Assembly (NCBI GenBank): GCA_963677595.1
Contig: OY782041.1
Location: 1,792,001 to 1,856,000 of the forward strand
Source of the DNA: Spirochaetia bacterium
Lineage (GTDB): Bacteria > Spirochaetota > Spirochaetia > CAKZLE01
Length of the DNA stretch: 64,000 bases
Direction of reading: 5' to 3'
Shown here: piece after piece, positions 30,227 to 40,700 of the stretch
How positions within the stretch are numbered: position 1 is the stretch's first letter
Layout: every line of letters starts with the position of its first letter
Translations under genes and position numbers: made by a program
Notes under the pieces: generated by a model
Told to the model about the DNA's origin: nothing
The model's input: only the letters and a program-made list of their open reading frames with translations
Databases searched by the model: none

Positions 30227-31192
30227 ATGAAGAGAAGAAATCTGGTTTTGGTAATGATGGCAGTACTGCTGCTGGCTGGATCTGTATCCGTGTTCGCACA
30301 GGGCGGGCAGGAAAAAGCTGACGACGGGAACGTGAAGGTCGTCGCGATCGTCAAGAAACTCTCAAGCAGTTTCTGGACTGACATGAAAGATGGTATCGAG
30401 GCACAGGCTGGTGAATACGGCTGGGATGTAGAGGTCCTCTGCCCGGTGAACGAGACGAACGAAGAACAGATCCAGCTCCTCGAGATGGCACTGCTCGATC
30501 CTCCTGATGCGTTCCTGATCACACCGGTAGACTCGAAGGGTATCGCCCCGGTCATCGAGAAGATCAATGAAGCCGGGATCCCGATCATCAACTTCAACAC
30601 CAAGATCTCAGCAGATGACGTGGACGTGGAGACCTTCGTGGGCGTCGAGTACAAGCAGCTTGCGATCACCGCAGCTGAGGCGATCGCCAAGAAGGTCGAC
30701 TATAAGGCAAACATCCTGATGATCGAGGGAACTACCGGTTCACAGACCGCGATCGACATGAAAGAGGGTGCGAACTCCTTCTTCGCCAAGTATGACGGCC
30801 TGAAGGTCATCGACAGCATGCCTGCCAACTACCGAAGGGCAGACTCCCTGAACGTTACCCAGAACCTGCTGCAGAAGCATGCTGATGTGGATGTCATCTT
30901 CGCCTGTAACGGTGAGATGGCGCTCGGTGCCGCAGAAGCTGTACGACAGTCAGGACGAAAGGGTATCATGATCGCTACCCTGAACATGTCGGACGAGATC
31001 GCCCAGGCTATCCAGGATGGGACGATCACCCTGACCGTCGATGATGACTCTACGAACGTCGGCAAGCAGGCAGTCGTTGCTGCCAAGAAGGTACTGGACG
31101 GGATCAAGCTCCCTGCTGAATCGATGCAGGATGGTATCATCGTGGATTACGATGCATTGGATCCCTATCGAGCCAAATATGGTATAAACTAA
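30227..31192 (+). CDS. Monosaccharide ABC transporter substrate-binding protein (RbsB-like)
   Basis: Signal peptide ending FAQGGQE; SSFW, EQIQ, AGIPIINFN, IFACNGEMALGA. Confidence 0.92.
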   Translation: MKRRNLVLVMMAVLLLAGSVSVFAQGGQEKADDGNVKVVAIVKKLSSSFWTDMKDGIEAQAGEYGWDVEVLCPVNETNEEQIQLLEMALLDPPDAFLITPVDSKGIAPVIEKINEAGIPIINFNTKISADDVDVETFVGVEYKQLAITAAEAIAKKVDYKANILMIEGTTGSQTAIDMKEGANSFFAKYDGLKVIDSMPANYRRADSLNVTQNLLQKHADVDVIFACNGEMALGAAEAVRQSGRKGIMIATLNMSDEIAQAIQDGTITLTVDDDSTNVGKQAVVAAKKVLDGIKLPAESMQDGIIVDYDALDPYRAKYGIN

Positions 31193-31210
31193 GACCGGGA
31201 TCAGTGTTAT

Positions 31211-31250
31211 GGGACAACCGGCTGGAGATACAGATTCAGCCGGTTGTTCT
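31211..31250. terminator. Intercistronic stem-loop after the SBP gene
   Basis: GGGACAACCGGCTGGA...TTCAGCCGGTTGTTCT. Confidence 0.6.
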
Positions 31251-31269
31251 CAAGAAGAGAGGTGTTACT

Positions 31270-32769
31270 GTGGCAGAACAAGAAAAACCTGTACTAATGG
31301 AAATAAAGCAGCTGAGGAAGGCATTTCCCGGGGTCCTGGCTGTCAATGATGTGAGCCTGACCATCAGGAAGGGCGAAGTCCATATCATCATAGGCGAGAA
31401 CGGGGCGGGAAAGTCGACACTCGTGAAGATGATGGCTGGTATCTATGAGATCAACGGCGGAGAGATGTTCGTCGAGGGTGAGAAATACGAACCATCGAAC
31501 GTTCTGCATGCCCAGAGGGCAGGCATCAACATGATCCACCAGGAGCTGAACGTGATGCCGCACAGGACCGTAGCCCAGAATATCTACGTGGGACGGGAAC
31601 CGGTGAAAGGCCCGCTGCGTATGGTCGATACCAGGAAGATGAACCAGATGTGCCGGGACCTCCTGAACAGCCTGGAGATCGATATCGATCCCGGGATGCA
31701 GATCAAGGACCTGAGCATAGCCCAGCAGCAGATGGTCGAGGTGGCCAAGGCGATCTCGAACAACAACAAGCTGCTGATCATGGACGAGCCGACATCGAGC
31801 CTTACCCACAAGGAGATCGACAGCCTGTTCAAGATGACCAGGAAGCTCCGTGATGACGGGGTGGCGATCATCTATATCTCGCACCGTATGCAGGAGCTCA
31901 TGGAGATCGGCGACGTCGTGACGATCATGCGTGACGGCTGCCATGTCGGGACCCGGAGGATCTCGGATGTCGATATGGCAGAGATCATCTACCTCATGGT
32001 CGGCCGAAAGATCGAGAATGTCTATAACAGGACTTATAACACCCCCGGTGATGTCGTCCTCGAGACACAGGAGTTGACCGGGAAACGGTTCAGGAACGTG
32101 AACATCAGCGTGCGGAAGGGTGAGATCGTCGGGCTGGCAGGCCTCGTAGGGGCAGGGCGGACCGAGATCGCCAAGGCCGTGTTCGGATACGATATGATCG
32201 ATACCGGGAAGGTGATCCTTCACGGGAAAGAGATACCCCTGAAGGGGTACTCGACCTACGACGCCGTCAGGAAACGGATGTCCTTCATCCCTGAGGACAG
32301 GAAACAGGAGGGCCTCTGCATACAGATGAGTATCAATGAGAACATCGTCATGTCGGCACTCCCCGAACTGTTCAGCAGGGGGATCGTCAAGGAGAACGTC
32401 CTTGCCAAGGTCTCGAAGAAGGGGATTAAGGAACTGGGCATCATCACGACCTCCGGGAACAAGAAGGTGAACAACCTCTCCGGCGGGAACCAGCAGAAGG
32501 TCGTCGTGGCAAAATGGATGGTGACCGAGAGCGACCTGTTCATCTTCGATGAGCCGACGCGAGGTATTGATGTCGGTGCGAAATCTGAGATCTATGCGTT
32601 GATGAACAATCTGGCAAGACAGGGTGCGGGTATCCTCATGATCAGTTCGGACCTTCCTGAACTGATCGGGCTCGCGGACAGGATCTACGTCGTGAAGGAC
32701 GGGGAGCTGGCCGGCGAAGTGGCCTCGGAGGATTTCTCACAGGAACATATTCTGGGACTGGCACTGTAA
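31270..32769 (+). CDS. Monosaccharide ABC transporter ATP-binding protein (RbsA-like, two domains)
   Basis: GENGAGKST, DEPTSSL, GLVGAGRTE, LSGGNQQKV, DEPTRGIDVGAK; GTG start after GAGG. Confidence 0.95.
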   Translation: MAEQEKPVLMEIKQLRKAFPGVLAVNDVSLTIRKGEVHIIIGENGAGKSTLVKMMAGIYEINGGEMFVEGEKYEPSNVLHAQRAGINMIHQELNVMPHRTVAQNIYVGREPVKGPLRMVDTRKMNQMCRDLLNSLEIDIDPGMQIKDLSIAQQQMVEVAKAISNNNKLLIMDEPTSSLTHKEIDSLFKMTRKLRDDGVAIIYISHRMQELMEIGDVVTIMRDGCHVGTRRISDVDMAEIIYLMVGRKIENVYNRTYNTPGDVVLETQELTGKRFRNVNISVRKGEIVGLAGLVGAGRTEIAKAVFGYDMIDTGKVILHGKEIPLKGYSTYDAVRKRMSFIPEDRKQEGLCIQMSINENIVMSALPELFSRGIVKENVLAKVSKKGIKELGIITTSGNKKVNNLSGGNQQKVVVAKWMVTESDLFIFDEPTRGIDVGAKSEIYALMNNLARQGAGILMISSDLPELIGLADRIYVVKDGELAGEVASEDFSQEHILGLAL

Positions 32770-32781
32770 GGAGCATGTGAA

Positions 32782-33765
32782 ATGAATAGGATAATCATGG
32801 TGTTGAAGAAGGTCCCGGGATTGATCTGGGGAGCGTTCCTGGCTCTGATAGTGTTCTCTATCATCGCCCCGAACTTCCTGAACCCGCTGAACCTCATCAA
32901 CATTCTCAATAACTCATCAGTACTGCTGATAATCGCCTGCGGGATGACCATCGCGATCCTCTCCGGGCAGCTCGATATCTCGGTCGGGGGGATCGCTACC
33001 CTTGCCGCGATGTCTGCGGGACTCTTCCTGCATACGGTAGGGGACGCCTCGGCGATCCATATCATCATGGCATTCATCATCGGCATCGTCGTCGGGATGA
33101 CCGTCGGGGCCCTGAACGGCCTGCTCATCGGTGTGTATAACTACAACTACTGGCTCGTGACCTTCTCCACGATGAGTATCGCTTACGGCCTCTCGCAGGT
33201 GCTCACAAACGGGAATATCATATCGGGGTATTCGAAGGTGTTCAGGAACATCGCGAACCACCGACTGTTCGGTATGCCCCAGCTTGTCTGGATAGCCCTG
33301 CTGGTGGTCATCATCGTGATGTTCATCACCTATAAGACGAAGTTCGGCATGCATATCTACGCCATCGGTGACTCTGAGCAGTGTGCGGCCCAGTCGGGGA
33401 TCAACGTGAAGCGGTACCGGTTCTCGATCTATGTGATTGCTGGCGGCCTTGCGGGTCTTGGCGGTGTGCTGCTGGTCTCGAGGACCAACTCAGCCTCCCC
33501 GATCATCGGGTTCGGCTATGAGTTCGATGCGATCGCAGCGGTCATCATCGGCGGTACCCCCTTCAGCGGCGGCAGCGGCGGGGTCGTCGGTACGGTCGTC
33601 GGTACGGTGATGCTCTATGCGATCAAGGCCGGGCTGCAGCTCGTCGGGTTCAGCGTCTATGTCCAGCAGGTGTTCATCGGTATATTCATCCTCTCGATCA
33701 TCGTCGTGGACGTGATCAATGAGAACCGGAAGAAAGAGAAAGGATCAAGGAGGGTGTACAAATGA
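32782..33765 (+). CDS. Monosaccharide ABC transporter permease
   Basis: LDISVG, YAIGD...A..SGI, GYEFDAIAAVIIGG. Confidence 0.93.
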   Translation: MNRIIMVLKKVPGLIWGAFLALIVFSIIAPNFLNPLNLINILNNSSVLLIIACGMTIAILSGQLDISVGGIATLAAMSAGLFLHTVGDASAIHIIMAFIIGIVVGMTVGALNGLLIGVYNYNYWLVTFSTMSIAYGLSQVLTNGNIISGYSKVFRNIANHRLFGMPQLVWIALLVVIIVMFITYKTKFGMHIYAIGDSEQCAAQSGINVKRYRFSIYVIAGGLAGLGGVLLVSRTNSASPIIGFGYEFDAIAAVIIGGTPFSGGSGGVVGTVVGTVMLYAIKAGLQLVGFSVYVQQVFIGIFILSIIVVDVINENRKKEKGSRRVYK

Positions 33766-34721
33766 AAAATGCACTGACTAAGTTCTTACTGTTCAAGTTC
33801 TCCAGGCCCCTGATCCTGATCGTGCTCGTCATCGTCTTCACGGTGTTCACCGATACCTTCTGGGCTCCCGGTAACTGGACGAACATCTCGAACATCATCC
33901 TGCAGCAGGCACCGTTCAGCGTACTGCTGGCGACCGCCATGACCATGACGATCATCCTCAACGGGTTCGACCTGTCGATCGGTGCCTCGGTCGCGTTCAT
34001 CTCCTGCGTATGCGGGTATATCCTCCGTGCTACCGGTAACCCCTTCTTCGCGATCGTCGCAGGGATCGGGCTCGGGGCTCTGGTGGGCACCGTGAACGGG
34101 ATCCTCACCACCAAGGCAAAGATCCCCTCCTTTGTCTCGACCTATGCCATGAAGTGGGTACTCAACGGATTCGCGCTGGTGCTCCTGGGGGGAAAGCAGA
34201 TCTATGATTTCGGTCCCACATTCAGGCCGCTGTTCATCTCGAACAAGTTCACCTTCTTCTACATCATGCTGGTGATCCTCGTCGTGGTAGGGCTGGTCAT
34301 GAAGTTCTCCGTCTTCGGGAAGCAGGTCTACGCAACCGGCCACAACCCGGATGCAGCGAGGATATCGGGGATCAAGACCGACCTGGTAACGATCAAGATC
34401 TACCTGATGGGCGGCATGATCGTCGGGCTGGTAGCTGTCATGTACATCGCCAACCTCGGGACGGCAGAACCGAACATCGGTACGGACTTCCCGATCAACG
34501 CCATCGCAGCTGCCCTCATCGGCGGTACGGCGATCGGGGGGGGGAGCGGATCGGTCGGCAAGGCGATCTTCGGTGCGATGATCATCCTTACCCTGCAGAA
34601 CGGCATGGTCCAGATCGGGGTGCCGAGTGTATGGCAGCAGGTCATCGTGGGAATGGTCATCCTCCTCTCGATCTTCATGGAGCGGGGGCTCAAGCAGCTT
34701 GCCGTGAAGTATGAGGAATGA
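33762..34721 (+). CDS. Monosaccharide ABC transporter permease
   Basis: FDLSIG, YATGHNPDAARISGI, AIAAALIGG. Confidence 0.93.
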   Translation: MKNALTKFLLFKFSRPLILIVLVIVFTVFTDTFWAPGNWTNISNIILQQAPFSVLLATAMTMTIILNGFDLSIGASVAFISCVCGYILRATGNPFFAIVAGIGLGALVGTVNGILTTKAKIPSFVSTYAMKWVLNGFALVLLGGKQIYDFGPTFRPLFISNKFTFFYIMLVILVVVGLVMKFSVFGKQVYATGHNPDAARISGIKTDLVTIKIYLMGGMIVGLVAVMYIANLGTAEPNIGTDFPINAIAAALIGGTAIGGGSGSVGKAIFGAMIILTLQNGMVQIGVPSVWQQVIVGMVILLSIFMERGLKQLAVKYEE

Positions 34722-34761
34722 TCTAACATAGTAAGACTGAATCGTATATATAGAACCTCCT

Positions 34762-34797
34762 GAGCAGGTTCCTGTCATCACCGGCAGGAACCTGTTC
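34762..34797. terminator. Hairpin between convergent genes (likely bidirectional terminator)
   Basis: GAGCAGGTTCCTGTC...GGCAGGAACCTGTTC. Confidence 0.65.
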
Positions 34798-35397
34798 TCA
34801 TGGGATGAACCGTGCCAGGAACATAGCCGAGATCTCCCGCACGCGGTAGGACACCTCATCCCTGTCGGAGGATCCCATCTGCATGGAGGGGACGAGGATG
34901 ACCCCGTCCACGATCTCCCACAGGAGCATCGTCGACCGGCGTACATCGGGTACTTTCAACCCTCGGTCCTCCTTTGCTGCACGCAGCCATCGCTCAAGGG
35001 TCTTCTGCCGTTTGCTGTACGTTCCTTCGATCTCCCCCGCTATTGTCGGGTCTGTATGGACATAGGTATATATGGTGAACGCGAACTTCAGCAAGGTCGG
35101 GTCCTCGAGGATGTTCAGCTCGTGCCGGATGATATCCTCAAGCTGCAGCTGCAGCGGAACGGCTGGGTCGTACTCGATATCCTTCGCCCTTGATACCATG
35201 TCGACGAACTGCCCGGCCAGTTCGAGATAGAGTTCCTTCTTCGAGCTGAAGTGGTTGTAGACGGTGCGTTTCGATGCGTTGGCTGCCTCCGCGATCATGT
35301 CCATGCCTGCTCCCGCATAGCCATATCCGCTGAAGACTTGCAGGGCTGCCTGGAGGATCTGCTGGTGCTTCTTGTCTGTGTTTCGCGTTCGTTTCAT
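34798..35397 (-). CDS. TetR/AcrR-family regulator
   Basis: ILQAALQVF...GMDMIAEAANASKRTVYNHFSSKKEL. Confidence 0.93.
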   Translation of the reverse strand: MKRTRNTDKKHQQILQAALQVFSGYGYAGAGMDMIAEAANASKRTVYNHFSSKKELYLELAGQFVDMVSRAKDIEYDPAVPLQLQLEDIIRHELNILEDPTLLKFAFTIYTYVHTDPTIAGEIEGTYSKRQKTLERWLRAAKEDRGLKVPDVRRSTMLLWEIVDGVILVPSMQMGSSDRDEVSYRVREISAMFLARFIP

Positions 35398-35410
35398 ACC
35401 CAACCTTCTA

Positions 35411-35484
35411 AAAGTAAACTAGTGAGTGTAATTATCTTGACTATATGCCTGACTATTCTTACATTACACTATATAGTTTACTTT
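35411..35484. promoter_or_regulatory. Pair of TetR-type operators in inverted orientation
   Basis: AAAGTAAACTagtgAGTGTAAT (35411-35432) and ATTACACTatatAGTTTACTTT (35463-35484) are reverse complements apart from the central spacer. Confidence 0.75.
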
Positions 35485-35519
35485 AACGGTAAACATGAGC
35501 TTTTACAAGGAGTTTTGTT

Positions 35520-36221
35520 ATGAAAGAACATAGAAGACATGCTATCCTGGCCGGAGTGTTCTATATCACGGCAGCGGCGACTTCGATCATCGCGGTGATC
35601 CTCTATGAGCCGATACTCTCGGGGGACTGGCTGACAGCAGTCATGGACGGGTACCGGGCACAACTGCTCGCAGGCGTCGCGAATGATATCCTGCTGATCA
35701 TGTCCATGATCGGTACGGCGGTGATGCTCTTCCCCTATCTGCGACGCCAGCATGAGAGCGCTGCCCTGGGGTACTTCAGCTTCAGGCTGATGGAATCGGT
35801 GGCGATCATGATCGGGCTGGTCGCGATCCTCGGGTTGGTGAATATCAGCAGTGCCGCAGCGGCAGAGTCGATTCAGAAGTCAGAAGGGGTCCTGGCAGCC
35901 GGGACAGCCCTGCAGGCATTCCACAGCTGGACCTTCATGATCGGGCCGAACCTCATGCTGGGACCGAACACCCTGCTCTACAGTCTGGTGTTCCTCGCAT
36001 CGGGATTGGTCCCAAGAAAGCTGGCATGGTTCGGTATCGTGACTGCGATCCTCGTGTGTGCTGCAGGGTGGCTCGAGATGTTCGGTGTCATAGACCCCCT
36101 CTCTACAGCGAAGGGACTGCTTGGACTCCCGATCGCAGGCTATGAGATGACCCTCGCAGGATGGCTGATCGCGAAGGGGTTCGATGTACAGGCGCTCAAG
36201 CGGTTGGGCTTCACCAGTTGA
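35520..36221 (+). CDS. DUF4386-like integral membrane protein
   Basis: AGVFYI, AVMLFP.L, ALGY...R..E, S.LVPR.LA..G, E..LA.WLI.KGF pattern. Confidence 0.75.
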   Translation: MKEHRRHAILAGVFYITAAATSIIAVILYEPILSGDWLTAVMDGYRAQLLAGVANDILLIMSMIGTAVMLFPYLRRQHESAALGYFSFRLMESVAIMIGLVAILGLVNISSAAAAESIQKSEGVLAAGTALQAFHSWTFMIGPNLMLGPNTLLYSLVFLASGLVPRKLAWFGIVTAILVCAAGWLEMFGVIDPLSTAKGLLGLPIAGYEMTLAGWLIAKGFDVQALKRLGFTS

Positions 36222-36235
36222 CCATGACCTGGAGT

Positions 36236-36277
36236 ACAGCCTTAGGAGAGATTCATGTATTTCTCATCTAAGGCTGT
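36236..36277. terminator. Hairpin downstream of the DUF4386 gene
   Basis: ACAGCCTTAG...CTAAGGCTGT, 10-bp arms. Confidence 0.5.
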
Positions 36278-36341
36278 TCACAGTTCAGGGACTTCAGGTT
36301 ATCATGGTGAATAGCGTGACAAGACAAGGAGGGTGTGTGTC

Positions 36342-37028
36342 GTGAAGGATGGTTGGAGCGGCATCTATAAGACGACGAGGGTCCTGACGGTCATCATGCT
36401 GGTGCTGATCCCGATACAGATACTCGTATTCATGCTTACTGACCATCCTCAGGATGTGAATACATGGTTCAGTCTATTCAACAGGAACCCTTTTCTTGGC
36501 TTGCTCCATATGGACCTGCTCTACCTGGTTAACAACATCATTCTGGGATTCATCTATCTTTCCATATTCTTATCCCTCTACGAGTCAGACAGGACCCTGG
36601 CCACGGCCATGCTCCTGCTTGGCATGATCGGCCTGGTTTCCTACATCCCATCGAACAAGGCAGTGGAGATGTTCTTCCTCAGCAGGGAGTATGCTGCAGC
36701 GGATGAGGCGATGCAGGGCATCCTCTCCTCGTCCGCTGTGACCCTGCTGCTGGGGTGGAAGGGTACGGCGTACGTGACCTATTACTTACTTGATGCCATT
36801 GCCCTCTTCCTGATTGCAGCTGCCATGTTCCGAAGCAGCACCTACAGCAGGGCGATCGCTTCCTGGGCTCTTGCTTCCGCTGTCTTCATGACCATCCCCG
36901 CGAACTTCGGGACGGTCGGGCTCGTCTTCTCCCTGCTCTCGCTCATTCCCTGGTATGGCTTCTGTGTGCTGTTCGTGCGGCAACTCTCCAGGGACACGTC
37001 TGGATCCCCAAGCCAAATCCTTGAATAA
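36342..37028 (+). CDS. Integral membrane protein (DUF4386-like)
   Basis: About 6 hydrophobic segments; AGGAGG RBS before the GTG at 36342. Confidence 0.65.
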   Translation: MKDGWSGIYKTTRVLTVIMLVLIPIQILVFMLTDHPQDVNTWFSLFNRNPFLGLLHMDLLYLVNNIILGFIYLSIFLSLYESDRTLATAMLLLGMIGLVSYIPSNKAVEMFFLSREYAAADEAMQGILSSSAVTLLLGWKGTAYVTYYLLDAIALFLIAAAMFRSSTYSRAIASWALASAVFMTIPANFGTVGLVFSLLSLIPWYGFCVLFVRQLSRDTSGSPSQILE

Positions 37029-37074
37029 TTGACTCATGGTTAATACCATAGTAAAATTGTAAGATATTACTATG
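37029..37074 (+). promoter_or_regulatory. Sigma70 promoter with overlapping inverted repeats
   Basis: TTGACT-N17-TAAAAT (37029-37057); CATAGTAA-N12-TTACTATG (37047-37074). Confidence 0.55.
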
Positions 37075-37093
37075 CTTATCGGAGGATGGTTAC

Positions 37094-37531
37094 ATGAACT
37101 TCAATCCCTATTTTCTGATGGACGGTGATGCTGAAGAGGCAATCCTGCTCTATGTCGGGGCATTCAAGGGTGAATACCAGATCATGAAATACAAGGATGC
37201 GCCGCAGGGCCCTGGGGCACCTCCTCTCCCTGGGGAGATGATGGAGCTGGTCATGCACGGGGAGGTCCGTTTCGGGGAGACGGCGATCATGGTATGTGAT
37301 GCCACCCCCATGTCGCCTGTGACGAAGGGTAACAATGTCCAGGTTGCGGTATCGGTCGAGAGTGCTGACGATGTGACAAGGATCCACGGGCTTTTAGCAG
37401 AAGGGGGACAGACCCTGATGGCACCGCAGCAGACCTTCTTCGCACAGAACTATGCCTCGGTGACTGACCGGTTCGGAGTCACCTGGCAGCTCATCGCGCC
37501 GAAAGAGGAGACGGTCGAGACCTGGACCTGA
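37094..37531 (+). CDS. VOC/PhnB-family protein
   Basis: PYF..DGDAEEA...Y, VMHGE, TDRFGVTWQL. Confidence 0.88.
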   Translation: MNFNPYFLMDGDAEEAILLYVGAFKGEYQIMKYKDAPQGPGAPPLPGEMMELVMHGEVRFGETAIMVCDATPMSPVTKGNNVQVAVSVESADDVTRIHGLLAEGGQTLMAPQQTFFAQNYASVTDRFGVTWQLIAPKEETVETWT

Positions 37532-37708
37532 GGATGGAGTGATCCATCTCTACCCTGTGTATCTGATTGAAAAAGTTACCTATAGGCCAGATTTTTGTGC
37601 TATTATAATGGAATATAAGGATGTGATTCTGACAGGTTACTCATGGTATGCGGATACGTATCGATGACTTCAATCAGTTGCACAGGTATTGCGGCGTCAG
37701 GAGGGTAT

Positions 37709-40700
37709 ATGGATAGGAGCGAATGGTTTTCATCTAAGATGCAGGTCCTTGATGAGTGTATCTATCTCACTGCCCGCTCCCCCCTGTCGGAAGCTGAAGT
37801 ATTCCAGAAGATCACAGACCTCTTGCCGAAAGCCTTCCAGATGACGGCCCCTGTCTCCGTCGAGCTTGAGATCGGGTTGAAGAGTTATCGGGATGTGCAC
37901 TACCAAAGGCGGGACGCAAGCCTGACCGAGGTGCTGAAAGCCGACGGAGAGGAGGTCGGGAGCATCCGGGTCTTGTACGACCGGTTCCCTGACGATGTCG
38001 ACAAACTCGCAATTCTCTCCGATGAGCGCATCTTCCTCACTACCATCACCCAGATCCTTTCGGGCTATCTGGTCAAGAGCCAGAGTGCCCGTGAATACCG
38101 TACCTATGAGAGTCGGGCGAAGGACTTCCTCGATTCCTTCAAGGACGTCTTCTATGAGATCTCACAGGATGGGACCGTCCTCTATGTGAATGACCAGATC
38201 GAGTCGGTGATCGGGTACACCGCCGGGGAGGTCATCGGGAAGAACATCCTTGAGTTCGTCTCCCCGGAAGATTCAGAACTCGTCCTGGCCCAGCTTGGTA
38301 TGTTGGGCTCCGATGATGCCCGCTTCGATATACCGGCACGCCACAAGAACGGCACTACCATCTGGCTCTCCCTGTCGGCAAAATCCATCACGGACCCCGA
38401 CGGGAAGAAGACCCTGCGGGGGACGATCTACGAGGCGACCACCAGCATGACGAGCAGGCTCGACCTGGAGACGAGGGAAGCCCTCTACCGGAACCTGATC
38501 AACTCCCAGAGCAACCTCGTCTTCCAGATCGATGTCCGGGGAAAGATCACCTATTTCAACAAGCGCTGCAAGGAGTACTTCGGCTGGATCTATCCAGCGA
38601 GCATCATCGGGGAGAAGCCGCTGAAGACCGTGCAGACCTACCACCACAAGCGGGTCCTCTCCTATATCAAGAAGAGTTACGAGCACCCGGAGCAGATCTT
38701 CCAGGCTGAGCTTGACCATTACGGGAAGGACGATACGACCGTGACGATCCTCTGGGAGTTCGTCAGCATCTCCGATGAACACGGGAAGGTGAGCGGGATC
38801 CAGCTTCAGGGTGTCGATATCACGAAGCGGAAGAAGGTAGAGAAGGACCTCCTTATCTATAAGGAGAGTGTCGACCAGGCGAATATCGGGGTCGTGCTCC
38901 TCGGGGAGGACAATACCCATATCTATGTGAACGAGCAGCTCTGCCGGTTCTTCAGGCAGGAAAAAGAGGCCTTCATCGGGAAGCGTATGGAGGAGATCCA
39001 TCCACTCTGGGTACTCGAGAGGGTGGCAGACCTCTCCATCAAGCTTGCCCGTGACGGTGAGTTCTATTCGGAGCCGATCGATTTCGAGCGTAAGGATGGG
39101 AGCAGGTTCTCGACCCTGATCAACGGCAAGCTGCTCTACGACAGGAATGGGCGCTTTCTCTGTAAGTCGATCTCGATGCTCGATGTCACCGACCAGAAGA
39201 TGCAGGATGACAGGATCCGCGAGAGCGAACTGCAGCTCAGCCGTGCCCAGGAGATCGCCAATATGGGGAGCTGGAGCTACGGACTGACCGACGGCAGCTG
39301 TGAATGGTCGGACAACTGCTTCCGGCTGGTGGGGAAGACAATAGGGGATGATCCCTGGAGCATGGAGGAGATGTTCGGCCATATCATCCCTGAAGACCGC
39401 CACATCTTCCAGGAGGCCATGGAGTCCTTCGGGAAGGGGAGCGAGAACGCCAATATCCAGTTCAGGATGCATATAGACGATGATGGGATCCGCTGGTTCT
39501 ATCTCTTCATCCAGCCCGAGTTCCGGGACGGGGAGATGACCGCGATCCATGGGGTCAGCATCGATATCACGAAGGAACAGGAAGCACAGGTGCGTGAGCT
39601 CGAGGCCCAGGAACGAGCCAAGCGGCAGCGGAAGGCGATCGCCGAGGTCATCAGTGACGAGGCGGTGATCAACGGGAAGATGCCCGATGCCATGGAGCAT
39701 ATCGCCAAGGTCATCTCTGCCGCCCTCGATATCCAGTACGTCCGGGTCCTCATGCTCTCCGAGAACCAGAAGATCCTCAAGTGTGTGCTCGGCTACAGCA
39801 GCGAGCAGCAGTGCTTCCTGAAAGGGAGGGACTTCGCCGTAGCCGATTACCCCCGGTATTTCAAGGCACTGAAGAAGAAACGGCGCCTCGCCGTCTATGA
39901 CGCGGCAGCCTCCCCGCTCGTGGATGAGCTCCGGGACGAGCTCCTCGCTCCCTGCGGCGTCTCTTCCATGCTCGATTACGGGATCTCCCTCGGGGGCCGG
40001 CTGATCGGTATCCTGAGTCTCTGGTATGTCCCCTCACCGAGACTGTGGTTCCCTGACGAGGAAGCCTTCGCCAGTACCATCGCTTCGATCATATCGCAGA
40101 CCTTCGCCGGGATCGAGATGCGTGATGCCGTCGCCCAGCTGGAGCACAGCGAGAAGCGGTACCGGACGATCGTCGAGACCACCCACGAGGGACTCTGGCT
40201 CCTCGATGGTGAGGACAGGACCACCTTCCTGAACAGCCGCATGGCATCGATGCTCGATTACTCGACCGAGGAGCTCCAGGGAAGCGACTTCTTCTCCTTC
40301 GTGGATGAGGAGGACCTGGACCGGGCCAGGAGGCTCCTCTCCTGCTCGGCAGCTGAGGGCAAGGCTGATGAGTATGAGTTCCAGCTGATCCGCCGGGACG
40401 GCAGTACCATCATCACCAGCGTGAAGTCGGAGCCGGTCTTTGATGAAAAGGGCACGGTCATCGGCACGCAGAAGATGGTCCTCGACATAACGGATGCGAA
40501 ACGGGCTGAGGAGGAGCAGATCGCACGGCAGGCAGCCGAGGAGGCGAACCGGTCGAAGAGCGTCTTCCTCTCAAACATGAGCCATGAGATCAGGACCCCG
40601 CTCAACGCCATCATCGGGTTCTCCCAGATCCTGCAGCGGGATGAGTCCCTCACCCCGAAGCAGGTAGACCAGATCCAGACCATCGCACGGAGCGGTGAGC

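Noticed and set aside
38273-39700. Long antisense ORFs (also 4847..5959, 11175..12449, 33786..34946, 52308..53474)
   Set aside because: Shadow frames of well-supported GC-rich genes with no motifs of their own
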